Source: Eledone cirrhosa
Lineage: Eukaryota
Length of the DNA: 64,000 nucleotides
Reading direction: 5' to 3'
NCBI GenBank assembly: GCA_964016885.1
Contig: CAXHJY010000184.1
Span: 682,001-746,000 of the forward strand
The stretch's first letter is position 1, and each line of letters opens with the position of its first letter. The position numbers and the translations under genes are program-made. Positions 63,095 through 64,000 of the stretch are shown piece after piece. A model generated the notes under the pieces. It searched no databases. It was given only the letters and a program-made list of their open reading frames with translations, and had not been told where the DNA came from.

Positions 63095-63760
63095 GTGAGT
63101 CAGGCGTGTAATTAAGGAAAAATTTCCATAAGGTGCACACAGGTAATCTTTGGACGCACAAGTGATGTGAGATTGCAGACAGATTAATGGTATAGATGGA
63201 CTTTGTATGTAACAGGAGAAGTAAGTACTAACAACACACAAGAAGTAGATTCCTTTAGTTGGCAGGGAAGTTCCTTAGAAGTGGTCGACAGCTTTTGTTA
63301 CTTAGGAGATCAAATTAACAGTGGGAGAGGATGTTCTGAAAGTGTGATAGCCAGGATCAGAATGGACTGGAAGAAGTTTAGGGGGCTGATATGTCTACTG
63401 ACAACAAAGGCTTCTATCAGAGTGAAGGGTAGACTATGATGCCTGCATGTGAACTGCAATAGACCTGAGAAGGCTAGAAAGAAATGACGAGAGTATGCTC
63501 TGATGGATGTGCCATGTTAGAATGAATGATGTAGTATTAGTGAACTGAGAGAAAAAGTTGACATAAGAGGAATTGGATGAATTGTGCTAGAGAGAAAACT
63601 GCGTTGGTATGGACATGCAACACTTAGAGAAGATAGCAGCTACATATAGAAATGGCAGTGGCTGGGACCTGAGGTAGACCCAAGAAGATTTGTAATGAGG
63701 TAGTGAAGACCAAGAAACTAAGCCTCACACCTGAGATGGAGTGAGGGCTGGTGCTAGGTT
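63095..63760 (+). mobile_element. Old RTE-clade LINE 3' fragment
   Basis: SLEVVDSFCYLGDQINSGRGCSESVIARIRMDWKKFR...VKGRL, homologous to 10611-11309. Confidence 0.85.
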
Positions 63761-64000
63761 GTCATGGTGACACACACTCAAAAAGATAAAATATATATAT
63801 CTCCCCGCTCGGACACCTCGCCTCCCTCTCCTCACTCCTCCCGCCACCCCTACACGCCCCACACCCTTCCACCACCTGTTTTACTTCATGTTTATTTTTA
63901 TTTTTATCATGCTTTTATATTTAATTTCATTTGTACCGTTTCCTCTCACCCCCTTTTTTCTATGTCTCTCCACCACTCTCCTACACACCCTTGGAACTCT

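Overview
Eukaryotic, AT-rich, repeat-dominated DNA. It looks like a large-intron region of a cephalopod (Octopus-like) genome, inferred from the SINE families, the RTE-LINE (GAT)n tails and the (TA)n/(CA)n content. There are no prokaryotic features and no CRISPR array. The only host coding sequence I can support is one 176-nt minus-strand exon of an ABHD2-like alpha/beta-hydrolase (15375-15550). The rest is transposon-derived: a near full-length but inactivated L1/Tx1-clade LINE (48673-54266), several RTE and CR1-group LINE fragments, CRE-like and R4/Dong-like endonuclease fragments, hAT and piggyBac MITEs, a Helitron, many tRNA-SINEs and long palindromes with hammerhead-like motifs. The most striking pattern is that about ten tandem arrays (40-85 bp units) are each an in-place amplification of an internal piece of a transposon, across LINEs, SINEs and MITEs, often with an unamplified sister copy elsewhere in the window. 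All assignments come from reading the sequence by eye. No searches were run and the boundaries of degraded elements are approximate.
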